The translations under genes were made by a program, and so were the position numbers. The notes beneath the pieces were generated by a model. The model ran no database searches and was not told where the DNA came from. It saw only the letters and a program-made list of their open reading frames with translations. Shown here piece by piece: positions 1 to 10,140 of a stretch of 64,000 nucleotides of DNA; the first letter of the stretch is position 1; every line of letters starts with the position of its first letter. The DNA lies in NCBI RefSeq assembly GCF_947502065.1, contig NZ_CANMYE010000014.1:140-64139 (forward strand). The letters run 5' to 3'. Source of the stretch: an uncultured Pseudoteredinibacter sp. GTDB lineage: Bacteria; Pseudomonadota; Gammaproteobacteria; Pseudomonadales; Cellvibrionaceae.

Positions 1-16
1 CATCGTGCCTTAACAT

Positions 17-44
17 GGGGTCAGATCCCTTGGGATCTGACCCC
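17..44 (-). repeat. REP-like palindrome, T-type (GGGGTCAGATCCC-TT-GGGATCTGACCCC)
   Basis: Perfect 13-bp inverted repeat with a 2-nt loop. A variant of the family flank (GGCTCCGA) lies on the minus strand at 45-57. Confidence 0.9.
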
Positions 45-66
45 GTATCGGAGCCGACCTTGCTTG

Positions 67-789
67 CTATTCGCTTAGGCCTGCAATTCTTCCAGGGTTT
101 GTGACAAACAATTGCTCGGCCATCTTATCCCCATAACGCTCAGCCACAATGCCAAACGCCTCAGATAAAACCGGCGGCCTTGATTCACAATTATGTGCAT
201 CACTCGCGACAATCGTCGCCCATCCTTGCTCTAAAATGGTATGCGCTGTCTCGTACGCATAATCACCAAAGCGATCACAAATACTCATTGCGGTTAACTG
301 CAACAAACATCCCATTTCTAAAAATGGATACAGGCGGCTAATATCCGCTGCAAAGCCTTTGTTCCTCTCCGGATGCGCAATCATCGGTAGCACCCCGCGA
401 TCAATCAGCCACTTGGCTAACTTATCACTCCCCGGCGGCACATTGCCGTGGGGCAACTCCAGCAACATTACCTGCTTACCTTCCCATTCACCCAAATACG
501 GCAAGGATTGATTAGCAAACAAGGCCAACACCTCAGCCGATAAACGTACCTCTCCAGCCATGGCCAAGCTCAAAGGAATATTTTCCGCCACTAACTGCGA
601 TTGCAAATGCTCAAAAACAGGCTGAATAGACTGGCGAGTATTTTCCCAGCGACCGGGGTGAATATGAGGGGTGGCGGTCATATGGCGAATGCCATCAGCC
701 GCCGCCATTTTACAAAGCGCTAAGGCATCTTCAAGATCGCGGGCACCGTCATCGATGCCCGGTAAAATATGGCAGTGTAAATCAATCAT
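67..789 (-). CDS. PHP-family tyrosine-protein phosphatase (CpsB/CapC/YwqE type)
   Basis: N-terminal DLHCHILPGIDDG, ATPH, IAHPERN and SDAH metal-binding motifs; directly downstream of wzc. Confidence 0.92.
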   Translation of the reverse strand: MIDLHCHILPGIDDGARDLEDALALCKMAAADGIRHMTATPHIHPGRWENTRQSIQPVFEHLQSQLVAENIPLSLAMAGEVRLSAEVLALFANQSLPYLGEWEGKQVMLLELPHGNVPPGSDKLAKWLIDRGVLPMIAHPERNKGFAADISRLYPFLEMGCLLQLTAMSICDRFGDYAYETAHTILEQGWATIVASDAHNCESRPPVLSEAFGIVAERYGDKMAEQLFVTNPGRIAGLSE

Positions 790-3074
790 GCCGCCCGAAT
801 TTTTTGCTCTTCTTTTTGGTTTTTACTGGCTTTGGCGGTTTCTGCTGCGTAGCCATAACTATCATAATAGCCCGCATAATAATCAGAGCCGTAATAGCGC
901 GAAGATTTATCCAAATCTACCTGATTTAGAATCACACCAACCAGAGGTGCATTAATATCGCGTAAACGCTTCAGGCCAGCCTTCACCTGGGTTGCCGAGG
1001 TAGAATCGGCTTTTACCACATAAACCATGGCACCCACCAAAGGTGCAATCGCCAAGGCATCACTTACCGCCTGACACGGTGGTAAATCAATAACAATACG
1101 ATCGTATTTATCTTCAAGTACTTTCAAAGCCTGTGCAAAGCGCTTAGAAGATAACAACTCTAAAGGATTCGGCGGAATCAAACCGGCCAGCATCACATCA
1201 ACATCACCTTCTTCATAACGCTGAATGCAATCACTAAGATCGGCCGTACCAGCAACCAATGCAGATAGGCCCGGCTTAGCGCGATCTAAGCCCAGCACCT
1301 TACCAATGGATGGGCGACGCATATCAGCATCGATCAATAGAGTTTTTTCCATTTGCGATAATGCGCAAGCAAGGCTGATGGATGTCGACGTTTTACCTTC
1401 TGAAGGTACTGTAGAGGTTACAGAAATGGTTTTTTGTGGCGAATCCAAAGAAGACAGTACAATACCTGTACGAATCGTTCGCACCGCTTCACCAAAGCCA
1501 ATATCTTCGCCTTCAACAAACGCTCGATAACTCTTAATAGCCTTATCTTTACCCTTGGACTTAATAAGCGGCAGTAAGCCCAACATGGTGCTTTGTAATT
1601 TTTGCTCAATATCTTCCGTTGTTTTGATGGTGTTATTAAGCGCTTCCAATAAAAACGCACAAGCGACAGCAAACATTCCGCTCACCACCATCGCCAACAT
1701 AGCAATCAGCTTTTTCTTTGGTTTGGCCGGACTAACAGGAACAACCGCTGGATCCACAATACGAGCATTTGCCGAGTTTAAGTCACCCGTTGCGCTGGTT
1801 TCGTTAATGCGTTGCAAAAATGTATTGTAAATAGCACGCTTGGTTTCAACATTTTGCTCTAGCTCACGTAATTTAAAACGCTTGCGACTCAAGCTTTGCA
1901 AATTGCCTTTTGTCCCTGCCAGTGCGTTATCTAAACTACGCTCACTTGCTACAGCTGCGCGATAATCTGACTCGATACCTTTAGCTACTGAAACCACCTG
2001 CGCATCCAAAGCCACTTTGGCTCGCAGCACTTCTGATTCTACAGCAATCATTTTAGGGTGCTTGTAACCATAACGTTTCGCCAACTCCGATCGTTTTAAC
2101 TCCACTTCTAATAGTGACTCTTTAAAACGTTGTACAGTTTGATCGCGCAAAATACCGGATATACGCTGCAAGCCCTCACTATTGTTACTACCAACTGTGC
2201 GAATCTGCTGATAAACCCCCTCCAAGGCCAAGCGCTCTTTACGGGCATCAACCAATTTATCTGCGACTAAATCAACTTCTTTATTCGCAATATCTGTACC
2301 GCCAGCATTACCCACCAAGCCTTCTTTGTCTTTATATTTCTGCAACGCTAATTCTGCTTCATTCAGCTCGGCCTTGATATTACCCATACGGTCATTTAAC
2401 CAAGAAGAGGCTTGGACAGTAACTTCCAGCTTTGCTTCAAGCCCGCTTTCTATATAAGCCTGCCCCAAAGCATTAGCAACCTCAGCAGCAAGAACCGGAT
2501 CATTAGCTTCGAAGGAAACTTTTGCCAATTGGGTTTTCCGAATTGGTGTAATTCTTAGACGCCCAAGAAAGGTATAGACAAGCTGGTTTAAACCAATTGA
2601 ATTAGAATTTTTCTCGCCTTTTGATGGAAGCTGGAAAGGAAGCATTCCTTTCCAATTAAAACTTTCTTCAACCTGAAATTCTTTATGAGATTGTAAATTT
2701 AAAGAAGTTATAACCTTTTCAACTAAACTACGGCTTTTCAAAATCTCAAATTGAGTCGATAAATACTCTTGGTTTGTACCATCAATTCCATACACTGACT
2801 CAATTGAAACAACATTATTATTTTTATTTTCAATCAATAAAGTGGCTGTAGCCCTGTAAACAGGTTTCATAGACATTAAAACCAAAACCGTCAGCAAGGT
2901 AACTACAAGCGAGAAACCCATTATCCCCCAACGATAACGCATCAATGTGCGCCAATACTGACGAAGATCGATCACCTCTTCATCATACGCAGCCCCCATA
3001 GCAGGCTGATTTAGTGCCATCGGTGAGGCATGCACCGCAGTGGGTACATGTGAATTATGAGCAGGAGGGTTCAT
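786..3074 (-). CDS. wzc: Polysaccharide co-polymerase / BY tyrosine kinase (Wzc/GumC family)
   Basis: Two TM segments flank a coiled-coil periplasmic region. Walker A STVPSEGKT, LIDADMRRP and a C-terminal Tyr cluster (YYGSDYYAGYYDSYGY) are present. Confidence 0.93.
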   Translation of the reverse strand: MNPPAHNSHVPTAVHASPMALNQPAMGAAYDEEVIDLRQYWRTLMRYRWGIMGFSLVVTLLTVLVLMSMKPVYRATATLLIENKNNNVVSIESVYGIDGTNQEYLSTQFEILKSRSLVEKVITSLNLQSHKEFQVEESFNWKGMLPFQLPSKGEKNSNSIGLNQLVYTFLGRLRITPIRKTQLAKVSFEANDPVLAAEVANALGQAYIESGLEAKLEVTVQASSWLNDRMGNIKAELNEAELALQKYKDKEGLVGNAGGTDIANKEVDLVADKLVDARKERLALEGVYQQIRTVGSNNSEGLQRISGILRDQTVQRFKESLLEVELKRSELAKRYGYKHPKMIAVESEVLRAKVALDAQVVSVAKGIESDYRAAVASERSLDNALAGTKGNLQSLSRKRFKLRELEQNVETKRAIYNTFLQRINETSATGDLNSANARIVDPAVVPVSPAKPKKKLIAMLAMVVSGMFAVACAFLLEALNNTIKTTEDIEQKLQSTMLGLLPLIKSKGKDKAIKSYRAFVEGEDIGFGEAVRTIRTGIVLSSLDSPQKTISVTSTVPSEGKTSTSISLACALSQMEKTLLIDADMRRPSIGKVLGLDRAKPGLSALVAGTADLSDCIQRYEEGDVDVMLAGLIPPNPLELLSSKRFAQALKVLEDKYDRIVIDLPPCQAVSDALAIAPLVGAMVYVVKADSTSATQVKAGLKRLRDINAPLVGVILNQVDLDKSSRYYGSDYYAGYYDSYGYAAETAKASKNQKEEQKIRAA

Positions 3075-3134
3075 AAAAGTATTCCGTTTTTGCTAGCGCC
3101 ACTGCACATCTTGTGCTTCGCCTTGCTTTTATTG

Positions 3135-3719
3135 TTAGAAAAAGCTCTGTTCTATATCGATAATATCGCCGGGCAAAATTTTACTGCTTAACTCGCCCTT
3201 ATAAACACTGCTTGTGCCATCAGCCTTTTCGCGAGTAATTGTGATTTTGCTTTTGGATGCACGCTCAGTAAAGCCACCTGCTAGGGCTACGGCTTTTTGC
3301 AGTGTTAAGCCTGGCAAAAAGGCAAAACCGCCAGGCTCTTCTACTTCGCCATTAATAAAAAACTGGCGATACTCTACAACAGAGACATTTACACTAGGGT
3401 TTATCAAGTAACCGTCTTTTAACTGTGTAGTGATATATTCGCTTAACTCACCGGTGGTAAGGCCTTTAACTTTAATTTCGCCTACAAATGGGTAAGAGAT
3501 GGTACCCGCATCACTTAGGCGAGTTTCAAGGCTTAAATCGTCTTCACCAAAAACCTGAATACTCATTAGATCACCCGAGCCTAAACGGTAATCGGATAGG
3601 CCTGCCTCTTGGGCGCTAATTTGTGGGGCAACAACAAAGCAAGCTAAGAATAAAAACAGAAAAGAAACATTAAATTGACGCTGCAGAAACCACAGATGCG
3701 AAGAAATACGCTCAACCAC
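3135..3719 (-). CDS. wza: Short polysaccharide export (OPX) protein, Poly_export + SLBB domains
   Basis: YRLGSGD..I.VFGE, GTISYPFVGEI and GEVEEPG motifs. Only 194 aa, with no C-terminal outer-membrane helix. Confidence 0.88.
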   Translation of the reverse strand: MVERISSHLWFLQRQFNVSFLFLFLACFVVAPQISAQEAGLSDYRLGSGDLMSIQVFGEDDLSLETRLSDAGTISYPFVGEIKVKGLTTGELSEYITTQLKDGYLINPSVNVSVVEYRQFFINGEVEEPGGFAFLPGLTLQKAVALAGGFTERASKSKITITREKADGTSSVYKGELSSKILPGDIIDIEQSFF

Positions 3720-3973
3720 AATACACCTCTATCCTTGAATTGCCATAGCGACTGCACACTAGCTGCCACTGGCCAAATATCAAATATTCGGCACTGGCAC
3801 ATAGAGCCACATTATGACACAGGAACACCCAAGTAAAACTACCGTTTGGCAGGCGCATCAGATGTAAAAATGATACACGGCCAAAAATTTAGAAACAAAA
3901 GTGGGCGACAATAAAAGCCGCCCACTGATATTCAAAAACCCAAGCAAATTAACTTTAAGAAAGCGCTCAGCGC

Positions 3974-5215
3974 TTATAAAGAAACATCCGCTCGCAAATA
4001 AATCGTATTTTTATCGTAATCTAAACCTGAAATATTGGAGCTACGATCACTGTAGTCATAGTTCAAGCTTAAATCTAACCAGCGACGCATGTTATACATT
4101 AAGCTAATACCCCAAGTATCTTCTTCGTCTTCACGGGCATTACCAATGTATTCGCCATCGCGACGACCAGCACTTAAACGCGTTTTAAAGCGTTCACTCC
4201 ACTGGTGAGACCAGCTTAAGTTAACCCCAGTACGATCAATATAAGTGCCTGTACCATCTGTTTCTTCAGGTAATTTAGACGTAGCCAAGGTAAACACTGT
4301 TCTCTCGATTGGAGACCAATCTACGCTCACTTCCCAGCTTACACTGTCATCGTCTTGTAAGTTCGTCGAGTCAAAATCTTTCTCTGCTAGACCTATTTTG
4401 ACCGTACCGGACGTTTGAGCGGTTGCTTCCCAAGTGGCACCTACCAAGTAAAACGTCTCTGAGCTATCCAGTGGTGAAGTTGTTAGATCGTAATCGATCT
4501 TTTTACGCTTAATCTCAAAAATAGCTTGAGTTTTGGGGGCTACGCGATAATAGAATGTACCGGCGACATAATTGTTCTTACGATCACGGGCTGCGTTTTG
4601 ATCCAAAAAGTTGGTGTACTCTTTATCCAAAAAGCCGGCCGCAACTTTTAGTCGGCCATCAGCTTCTTTACCACCGTAGGTATACGCCACATCAAAAGTG
4701 CGCTCGTCATACTCTGCTGGCACCGGGTTAGATGTTGCATCGTTACCTTGGTTGGCACCGGTACCACGTGGCTCGTGATTCTTGGTAAAAGCAGCGCTGA
4801 TATCAAGGTAGTTACGGCTATTTAGCTCTAGATTGATATCACCACGCAAAGAATGATCGGTATAATCATCATCTCGGCTATCTTGCACGATACCGTGATT
4901 TACACCATAGGTAATGGAGTAGCTGTCATTGCCGTTTTCAGCAATAAACTGCACTTGAGGGTTAATAATGGTTACCCACGATTCCTTCTCGTTACCGTCG
5001 GTTAAGAAAAGGTTGCTATCGTAACCATTGCTTATACCTAAGGTAGGCACAAGCCGAAAAGGCCCCATATCTACAGCGGCAGGCTCCAGCGCATTAACCG
5101 GCAGCGCCATTGCAATTGCCAAGGGCAGTGTGGCGAGCTGAACGCTCTTTTTTCCTAAGATCAGCTTAGCCTTATGGCCAATACAGCCGGTACGCGTCGT
5201 CATGACGTCCTCCAT
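3974..5215 (-). CDS. Outer-membrane beta-barrel of EPS export (VpsM/EpsX-like)
   Basis: Signal peptide, alternating aromatic beta-strand pattern, C-terminal strand IYLRADVSL; adjacent to the short OPX. Confidence 0.8.
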   Translation of the reverse strand: MEDVMTTRTGCIGHKAKLILGKKSVQLATLPLAIAMALPVNALEPAAVDMGPFRLVPTLGISNGYDSNLFLTDGNEKESWVTIINPQVQFIAENGNDSYSITYGVNHGIVQDSRDDDYTDHSLRGDINLELNSRNYLDISAAFTKNHEPRGTGANQGNDATSNPVPAEYDERTFDVAYTYGGKEADGRLKVAAGFLDKEYTNFLDQNAARDRKNNYVAGTFYYRVAPKTQAIFEIKRKKIDYDLTTSPLDSSETFYLVGATWEATAQTSGTVKIGLAEKDFDSTNLQDDDSVSWEVSVDWSPIERTVFTLATSKLPEETDGTGTYIDRTGVNLSWSHQWSERFKTRLSAGRRDGEYIGNAREDEEDTWGISLMYNMRRWLDLSLNYDYSDRSSNISGLDYDKNTIYLRADVSL

Positions 5216-5832
5216 GATTATGTCCTTCCTTTTTGCTCCCTAAACCCGCCATTGCGCTCTCTACCGGCTACGCCACAATGACCGAAACAGACCCATTTGT
5301 TTATTTGTCGTTATAAAAACACCACGAGCTCAATAAATCAGGATGACTACTTAAGCATAACTAAAAGGACTTAGTTCGTAGTTTGGGGGCAGACTTTATC
5401 ACACTTTTGGGGTATTTCTAATGCCGCTAGCGCCAAAAAGCATAACATTTCACCAATTAAACGATTTACGCGCCAATTATTTGACTAACGCTGCCCCATC
5501 AACTACATGCAATGCGATATCTTTGCTTGAACAAAAAACAAGCATATCAGTTCACTATGTCAGTGATATAACAACAATAAGACAGGAACCTTAAAACTCA
5601 CTCATGGGAGACACAAAATAGACATGTTAGACTATTACCGTACGCTGGATGCAAGTGCCGACCACATGGGATGGCACGAAATAAACAAGACACGCGTCTT
5701 AAGAATCAGCTTTAGGTAAACAAACCTAGAACTTCCAGCTGGCGGGGTTAAATCTGAGCCCTTTGGGCGAAGAGAAAGCAAGGCTGCTGTTATTCGCGAT
5801 AAAACAAATATGGATATTTAAGGGTCTTTTAA

Positions 5833-6747
5833 ATGCAAAGTAGTAGCTCTTCAGTGAACTCAAAACCTTTACGTAAAGTCATTATCCCAGTGGCCGGCTT
5901 AGGCACTCGCGTGCTACCCGCCAGTAAGGCTATCCCCAAAGAAATGCTACCGGTTGTGGATAAACCGGTGATTCAGCATGTGGTAGAAGAAGCGGCAGCA
6001 GCAGGCTTTACCGATATTATTTTAGTGAGCCGAAGTGGCAAAAGCGCGATTGAAGATCACTTTGATGTGCACTATGAGCTAGAAGCTGAGCTTGCCCGCA
6101 AAAACAAAGATGCCATTTTAGCGAGCGTGCAAAGCACCTTACCTGCAGGCGTAAATATTAGCAGCGTGCGCCAAGCAAAAGCCCTTGGCCTTGGGCATGC
6201 CGTTTTATGTGCGGCACCTTTAATAGGCGATGAAGACTTTGCGGTTATTTTGCCAGATATGCTTATCCCTACCCCTGCCAAACAAGAATCCGATTTAAGC
6301 CAAATGGTCGCCGCCTATAAAGCTCACGGCTGTGGTCAAATCATGGTGGAAGCCGTGCCAGAAGATAAGGTAGAGCGCTATGGCATTGTTGATTGCAATG
6401 GCGAATCGCCCGCAGCTGGTGAGTGCGCCGACATTATAGGCATGGTGGAAAAACCAAAGCCTGCCGATGCCCCCTCTAATCTCAGCATTAATGGCCGCTA
6501 TATTTTACCGGCGCGCGTTATGGAGCTATTAGTAGATACCCAACCTGGCGCTGGCAACGAGATACAGCTTACCGATGCCATGGCCAACCTTATTGCCGAA
6601 GGCGGTAAGCTGATGGCCTATACTATGTGCAGCAAAAGCTACGACTGTGGTAATAAAGCCGGCTTTTTAGAGGCCAATATTGTTTATGGCTTAGAGCACC
6701 CGGAAACTAAAGACAGTTTGCGCGCTCTATTAGCCAACATAATTTAA
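5833..6747 (+). CDS. galU: UTP-glucose-1-phosphate uridylyltransferase
   Basis: VIIPVAGLGTRVLPASKAIPKEMLP, LGLGHAVLCA, GNEIQLTDA motifs. Confidence 0.96.
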   Translation: MQSSSSSVNSKPLRKVIIPVAGLGTRVLPASKAIPKEMLPVVDKPVIQHVVEEAAAAGFTDIILVSRSGKSAIEDHFDVHYELEAELARKNKDAILASVQSTLPAGVNISSVRQAKALGLGHAVLCAAPLIGDEDFAVILPDMLIPTPAKQESDLSQMVAAYKAHGCGQIMVEAVPEDKVERYGIVDCNGESPAAGECADIIGMVEKPKPADAPSNLSINGRYILPARVMELLVDTQPGAGNEIQLTDAMANLIAEGGKLMAYTMCSKSYDCGNKAGFLEANIVYGLEHPETKDSLRALLANII

Positions 6748-6786
6748 TACGGCACAGCCCTTGCGAACTAATTACAAATAAAAACT

Positions 6787-8448
6787 ATGAATACTATTAG
6801 CGCAGGCCCTCATTGGCAGGCCTTGCAAGCGCTGGCAGAAAACCAGCGTTTGCAGCCCATCCACCAGTTGTTTAGCGAAAACCCCGAGCGTTTCAGCCAG
6901 CTGAGCTTTCGCTTAGGGGCATTATTGGTGGATTTTTCCAAGCAACATTATCAGCAAGAAACCATTGAACAGCTAATTGCATTAGCCGAAGAAAGCGAGC
7001 TACCCAGCTGGATAGATAAACTCTTCGCAGGTGTCGAAGTCAACCACACCGAAAACCGCCCAGCATTACACACAGCATTGCGCTTACCCGAAGGGCGGGA
7101 GTGCTTTTTAGACGGGCAAAATATCAGTATCGATGTGCAAGAAAATTTAAAGCGCATGGAAGAATTGGTTAATCATATTCATACCGGCCAGTGGCGCGGT
7201 TTTAGCGGCGAAGCCATTAATACCGTTGTGAACATTGGCGTGGGCGGTTCAGATCTTGGGCCGTTGATGGCTTGCAACGCACTTGCCGAAACCCCCGCCC
7301 GCGATGACAGCAGCCAGCTTGCACAGCAAGCCGCTATTGATGTGCACTTTGTAAGCTCTATGGATGGCAGCCAATTGGCAGACCTACTAAAGGTGCTTAA
7401 CCCTGCCCGCACATTATTTGTGATCGCCTCTAAAAGTTTTACCACTATCGATACCATGGCCAATGCCGCCACCGCAAAAGAGTGGCTATGTAAACATGCC
7501 AATTGTAGCGATACCGCTTTAGTGGCCAGGCATTTTATTGGTGTTTCCTCTAAGCCAGAGAAGATGCTGGATTGGGGCATCCCCAAACAAAACCAATTGG
7601 AATTCTGGGAATGGACCGGTGGGCGCTACTCCATGTGGTCGGCCATTGGCTTGCTTATCGCTTTAAAGCTAGGCATGAGCACCTTTAAAGATATGTTGGC
7701 CGGCGCTCATAATATGGATGAGCACTTTCGCCTAACGCCATTAAAAGAAAATATTCCTGTTTTACTCGCATTAACCGGTATCTGGAATATTAATTTTTTA
7801 AATATTGGCGCCCATGCCATATTGCCCTACGACGGCCGCTTAAAAAACTTGCCGGCTTATTTAGAGCAGCTAGAAATGGAAAGCAATGGCAAAAGCGTAA
7901 ACCGCCAGGGCGAAACTGTCGATTACAATACCTGCCCTATTTTATGGGGTGAAATTGGCACCAATGCGCAGCACGCTTTTTATCAATTGCTGCACCAAGG
8001 TACCGAGGCTGTAATGTGTGATTTTATCGTAGCCGCTAAACGCTACGGCCCAGATGCCAGCCAAGAGCTACGCCACCAACATCAATTAAACCTAGCCAAT
8101 TGCTTTGCCCAAAGTCGTATTTTAGCCTTGGGCGATAGCGTACTTGAAGATGCCCATACAGCACCAGCCCATAAGCGCTACCAGGGCAACCAACCTTGCA
8201 CCACCATTATGCTGAATGAGCTTAGCCCATTCACCTTTGGCCAATTGATCGCCATGTACGAACATAAAGTATTTGTACAGTCAGTCATTTGGGGGATCAA
8301 CCCCTTCGATCAATGGGGTGTAGAACTTGGTAAACAGGTTGCCACCAATCTGCTCGGGCAACTCGATGGTGAAAACCTAGAAACACTTGATGCCTCTACC
8401 GCTGGTTTAATCAAAACAATTAATGGAGATAAGGTAGGTGTAATGTGA
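6787..8448 (+). CDS. pgi: Glucose-6-phosphate isomerase
   Basis: GVGGSDLGP, ASKSFTT, WTGGRYSMWSAIG, QHAFYQLLHQG and FDQWGVELGK motifs. Confidence 0.96.
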   Translation: MNTISAGPHWQALQALAENQRLQPIHQLFSENPERFSQLSFRLGALLVDFSKQHYQQETIEQLIALAEESELPSWIDKLFAGVEVNHTENRPALHTALRLPEGRECFLDGQNISIDVQENLKRMEELVNHIHTGQWRGFSGEAINTVVNIGVGGSDLGPLMACNALAETPARDDSSQLAQQAAIDVHFVSSMDGSQLADLLKVLNPARTLFVIASKSFTTIDTMANAATAKEWLCKHANCSDTALVARHFIGVSSKPEKMLDWGIPKQNQLEFWEWTGGRYSMWSAIGLLIALKLGMSTFKDMLAGAHNMDEHFRLTPLKENIPVLLALTGIWNINFLNIGAHAILPYDGRLKNLPAYLEQLEMESNGKSVNRQGETVDYNTCPILWGEIGTNAQHAFYQLLHQGTEAVMCDFIVAAKRYGPDASQELRHQHQLNLANCFAQSRILALGDSVLEDAHTAPAHKRYQGNQPCTTIMLNELSPFTFGQLIAMYEHKVFVQSVIWGINPFDQWGVELGKQVATNLLGQLDGENLETLDASTAGLIKTINGDKVGVM

Positions 8449-8543
8449 GAAGCAAGATGTGAGAAGTAAGACGAGGGCAAGCATAAGCAGCAATGTCCAA
8501 ACTCACCTCACATCTACCCTCTCACGTCTAACATCTAACTTCT
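8443..8543. repeat. Two inverted arrays of degenerate 7-bp tandem repeats
   Basis: Left array 8443-8477: ATGTGAG AAGCAAG ATGTGAG AAGTAAG ACGAGGG. Right array 8502-8543: CTCACCT CACATCT ACCCTCT CACGTCT AACATCT AACTTCT. Confidence 0.7.
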
Positions 8544-8552
8544 ACACATACT

Positions 8553-9845
8553 ATGAAAATAGCCATTTGGGGTAATGAATTAATCGCTTGGACAGCCGCC
8601 GCCTGTTTTGCCGAAATGGGTAACGAAGTTTTGTTTGTACCGCACTATAAAGGCGGTAGTGAAAACACTCGTAAAAGCAGCAGCAAAGATGCACCTGCAA
8701 ACGTAAAAGAAGAACCTGGTTTAATTAAGCAATTTGAAGAGCAAGAAAATAGCGGCCGCCTACAATTTAGCAATAGCAGCAATGCCAGCGAAGCCATACT
8801 GCATCTGCTTGCTTTTTTACCTAAGCAAATTGATCTGGCCAACTCCCTGTGTGAATTATTAGCCATTGATGAAAGCCGTCAACTGGTACTCATCAACACC
8901 AGCAACTTTGGTATTGGTGCCAGTGATAAGCTACAGGAGAAGTTTAAAGGCCAGCAGCAAGTTATGGCTTATATACCCGATCAACTGCCCGCTGGTAGCG
9001 CACTTAAAAACTTCAAACAGCCAGACCACTTGATCATTGGCTGCCAGCACGATTGGGCATTAATGCATATTCGCGCCTTATACCGCCCCTTTAGCCAAAA
9101 CCTAAGCAACTGGTTAATAATGAGCGCCAAAGAAGCGGAATATACCAAGTTCGCTATCACTGGCATGTTGGCACTGCGCCTAGCCTATATAAATGACCTA
9201 GCAAACTTAGCGGATGAGTTAGATGTCGATATCGATATTATTCGTGAAGCCATGGGCAGCGATGAGCGTATTGGCCAGCATTACTTAAACCCAGGCTGCG
9301 GCTTTGGCGGTGAACACTTCCCGCAATATATTGAAGGCCTAGCAGGCACTTTAAGCGAAGCAAGAAACTCCAGTTTGCTAAGCACAGTGCTAGAGCAAAA
9401 TGAAAAGCAAAAAGAGCTTCCCTTTAGAAAGCTGTGGCGCCATTATGACTGTGACCTACAAGGCAAAACCATCAGCATTTGGGGCCTAGCCTTTAAACCC
9501 GGCACCGCCAGCATAAGCAATGCACCCAGCTTAAAAATTATCGACGCCCTATTAAACCAAGGCTGCACAGTACAAGTGCACGATCCAATGGCGCTTGAAA
9601 ATATACAACAGCATTTCGAGCAGCATATATACCGTAATCAATTGCAACTATGCCAACATGAAATGCAAACCCTAGAAAACAGCGACGGACTACTACTACT
9701 CACCGAGTGGCCACAATACTCATCCCCTGATTATCAGGCTATGAGCGAATTGATGAACACTCAACTAATCATCGACGGCCGCAACCTATTCGACAAAGAA
9801 TTCCTCCAAGAACTAGGCTTCACTTACCAAGGCGTAGGCCGCTAA
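8553..9845 (+). CDS. ugd: UDP-glucose/GDP-mannose dehydrogenase family protein with divergent catalytic motifs
   Basis: AEYTKFA, DERIGQHYLNPGCGFGG, WGLAFKP and DGRNLFD motifs fit the family. GxGxxG and the catalytic GGxC are degenerate. Confidence 0.85.
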   Translation: MKIAIWGNELIAWTAAACFAEMGNEVLFVPHYKGGSENTRKSSSKDAPANVKEEPGLIKQFEEQENSGRLQFSNSSNASEAILHLLAFLPKQIDLANSLCELLAIDESRQLVLINTSNFGIGASDKLQEKFKGQQQVMAYIPDQLPAGSALKNFKQPDHLIIGCQHDWALMHIRALYRPFSQNLSNWLIMSAKEAEYTKFAITGMLALRLAYINDLANLADELDVDIDIIREAMGSDERIGQHYLNPGCGFGGEHFPQYIEGLAGTLSEARNSSLLSTVLEQNEKQKELPFRKLWRHYDCDLQGKTISIWGLAFKPGTASISNAPSLKIIDALLNQGCTVQVHDPMALENIQQHFEQHIYRNQLQLCQHEMQTLENSDGLLLLTEWPQYSSPDYQAMSELMNTQLIIDGRNLFDKEFLQELGFTYQGVGR

Positions 9846-9886
9846 GCATAAAACGAGGCCGAAAACGGCAAAGCCTCCCACCCAAC

Positions 9887-10054
9887 GGGGTCAGACCCTC
9901 ACAGGGTCTGACCCCAAACCCATGCACAATCTAAACGCCAAAGCCGATCCGAACCATCCAACGGGGTCAGACCCTCATAGGGTCTGACCCCAAACTCATG
10001 CACAATCTAAACGCCAAAGCCGATCCGGGGTCAGAACCCAAGGGTTCTGCCCCC
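9887..10054 (-). repeat. Tandem array of three REP palindromes (9887-9915, 9963-9991, 10027-10054)
   Basis: The first two are GGGGTCAGACCC-TCA(C/T)A-GGGTCTGACCCC in a near-identical 76-bp unit. The third is GGGGTCAGAACCC-AA-GGGTTCTGCCCCC. Confidence 0.92.
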
Positions 10055-10140
10055 TACCCCCTACACAATCCAAACGCCCCCACTCACAACCCCACCACAT
10101 AGTCTAAGCTTAAAAAACACCACCAAACAAAAAGCCAACC

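Noticed and set aside
3753-3768. Sigma-54-like TGGCAGCTAGTGTGCA upstream of wza (minus strand)
   Set aside because: Spacing is correct but it mismatches both CAC and TTGC; too weak to call.
9850-9880. GCAAAGCCTCC resembling the c-di-GMP-I (GEMM) riboswitch core
   Set aside because: The upstream GGCAAACC/GAAA tetraloop and downstream receptor helix are missing, and it lies just after a stop codon.
9887-10054. Possible CRISPR array (28-29-bp palindromic repeats with about 47-bp spacers)
   Set aside because: The spacers are near-identical rather than unique, there are only three repeats, no cas genes are present, and the same palindrome is dispersed and RAYT-associated.
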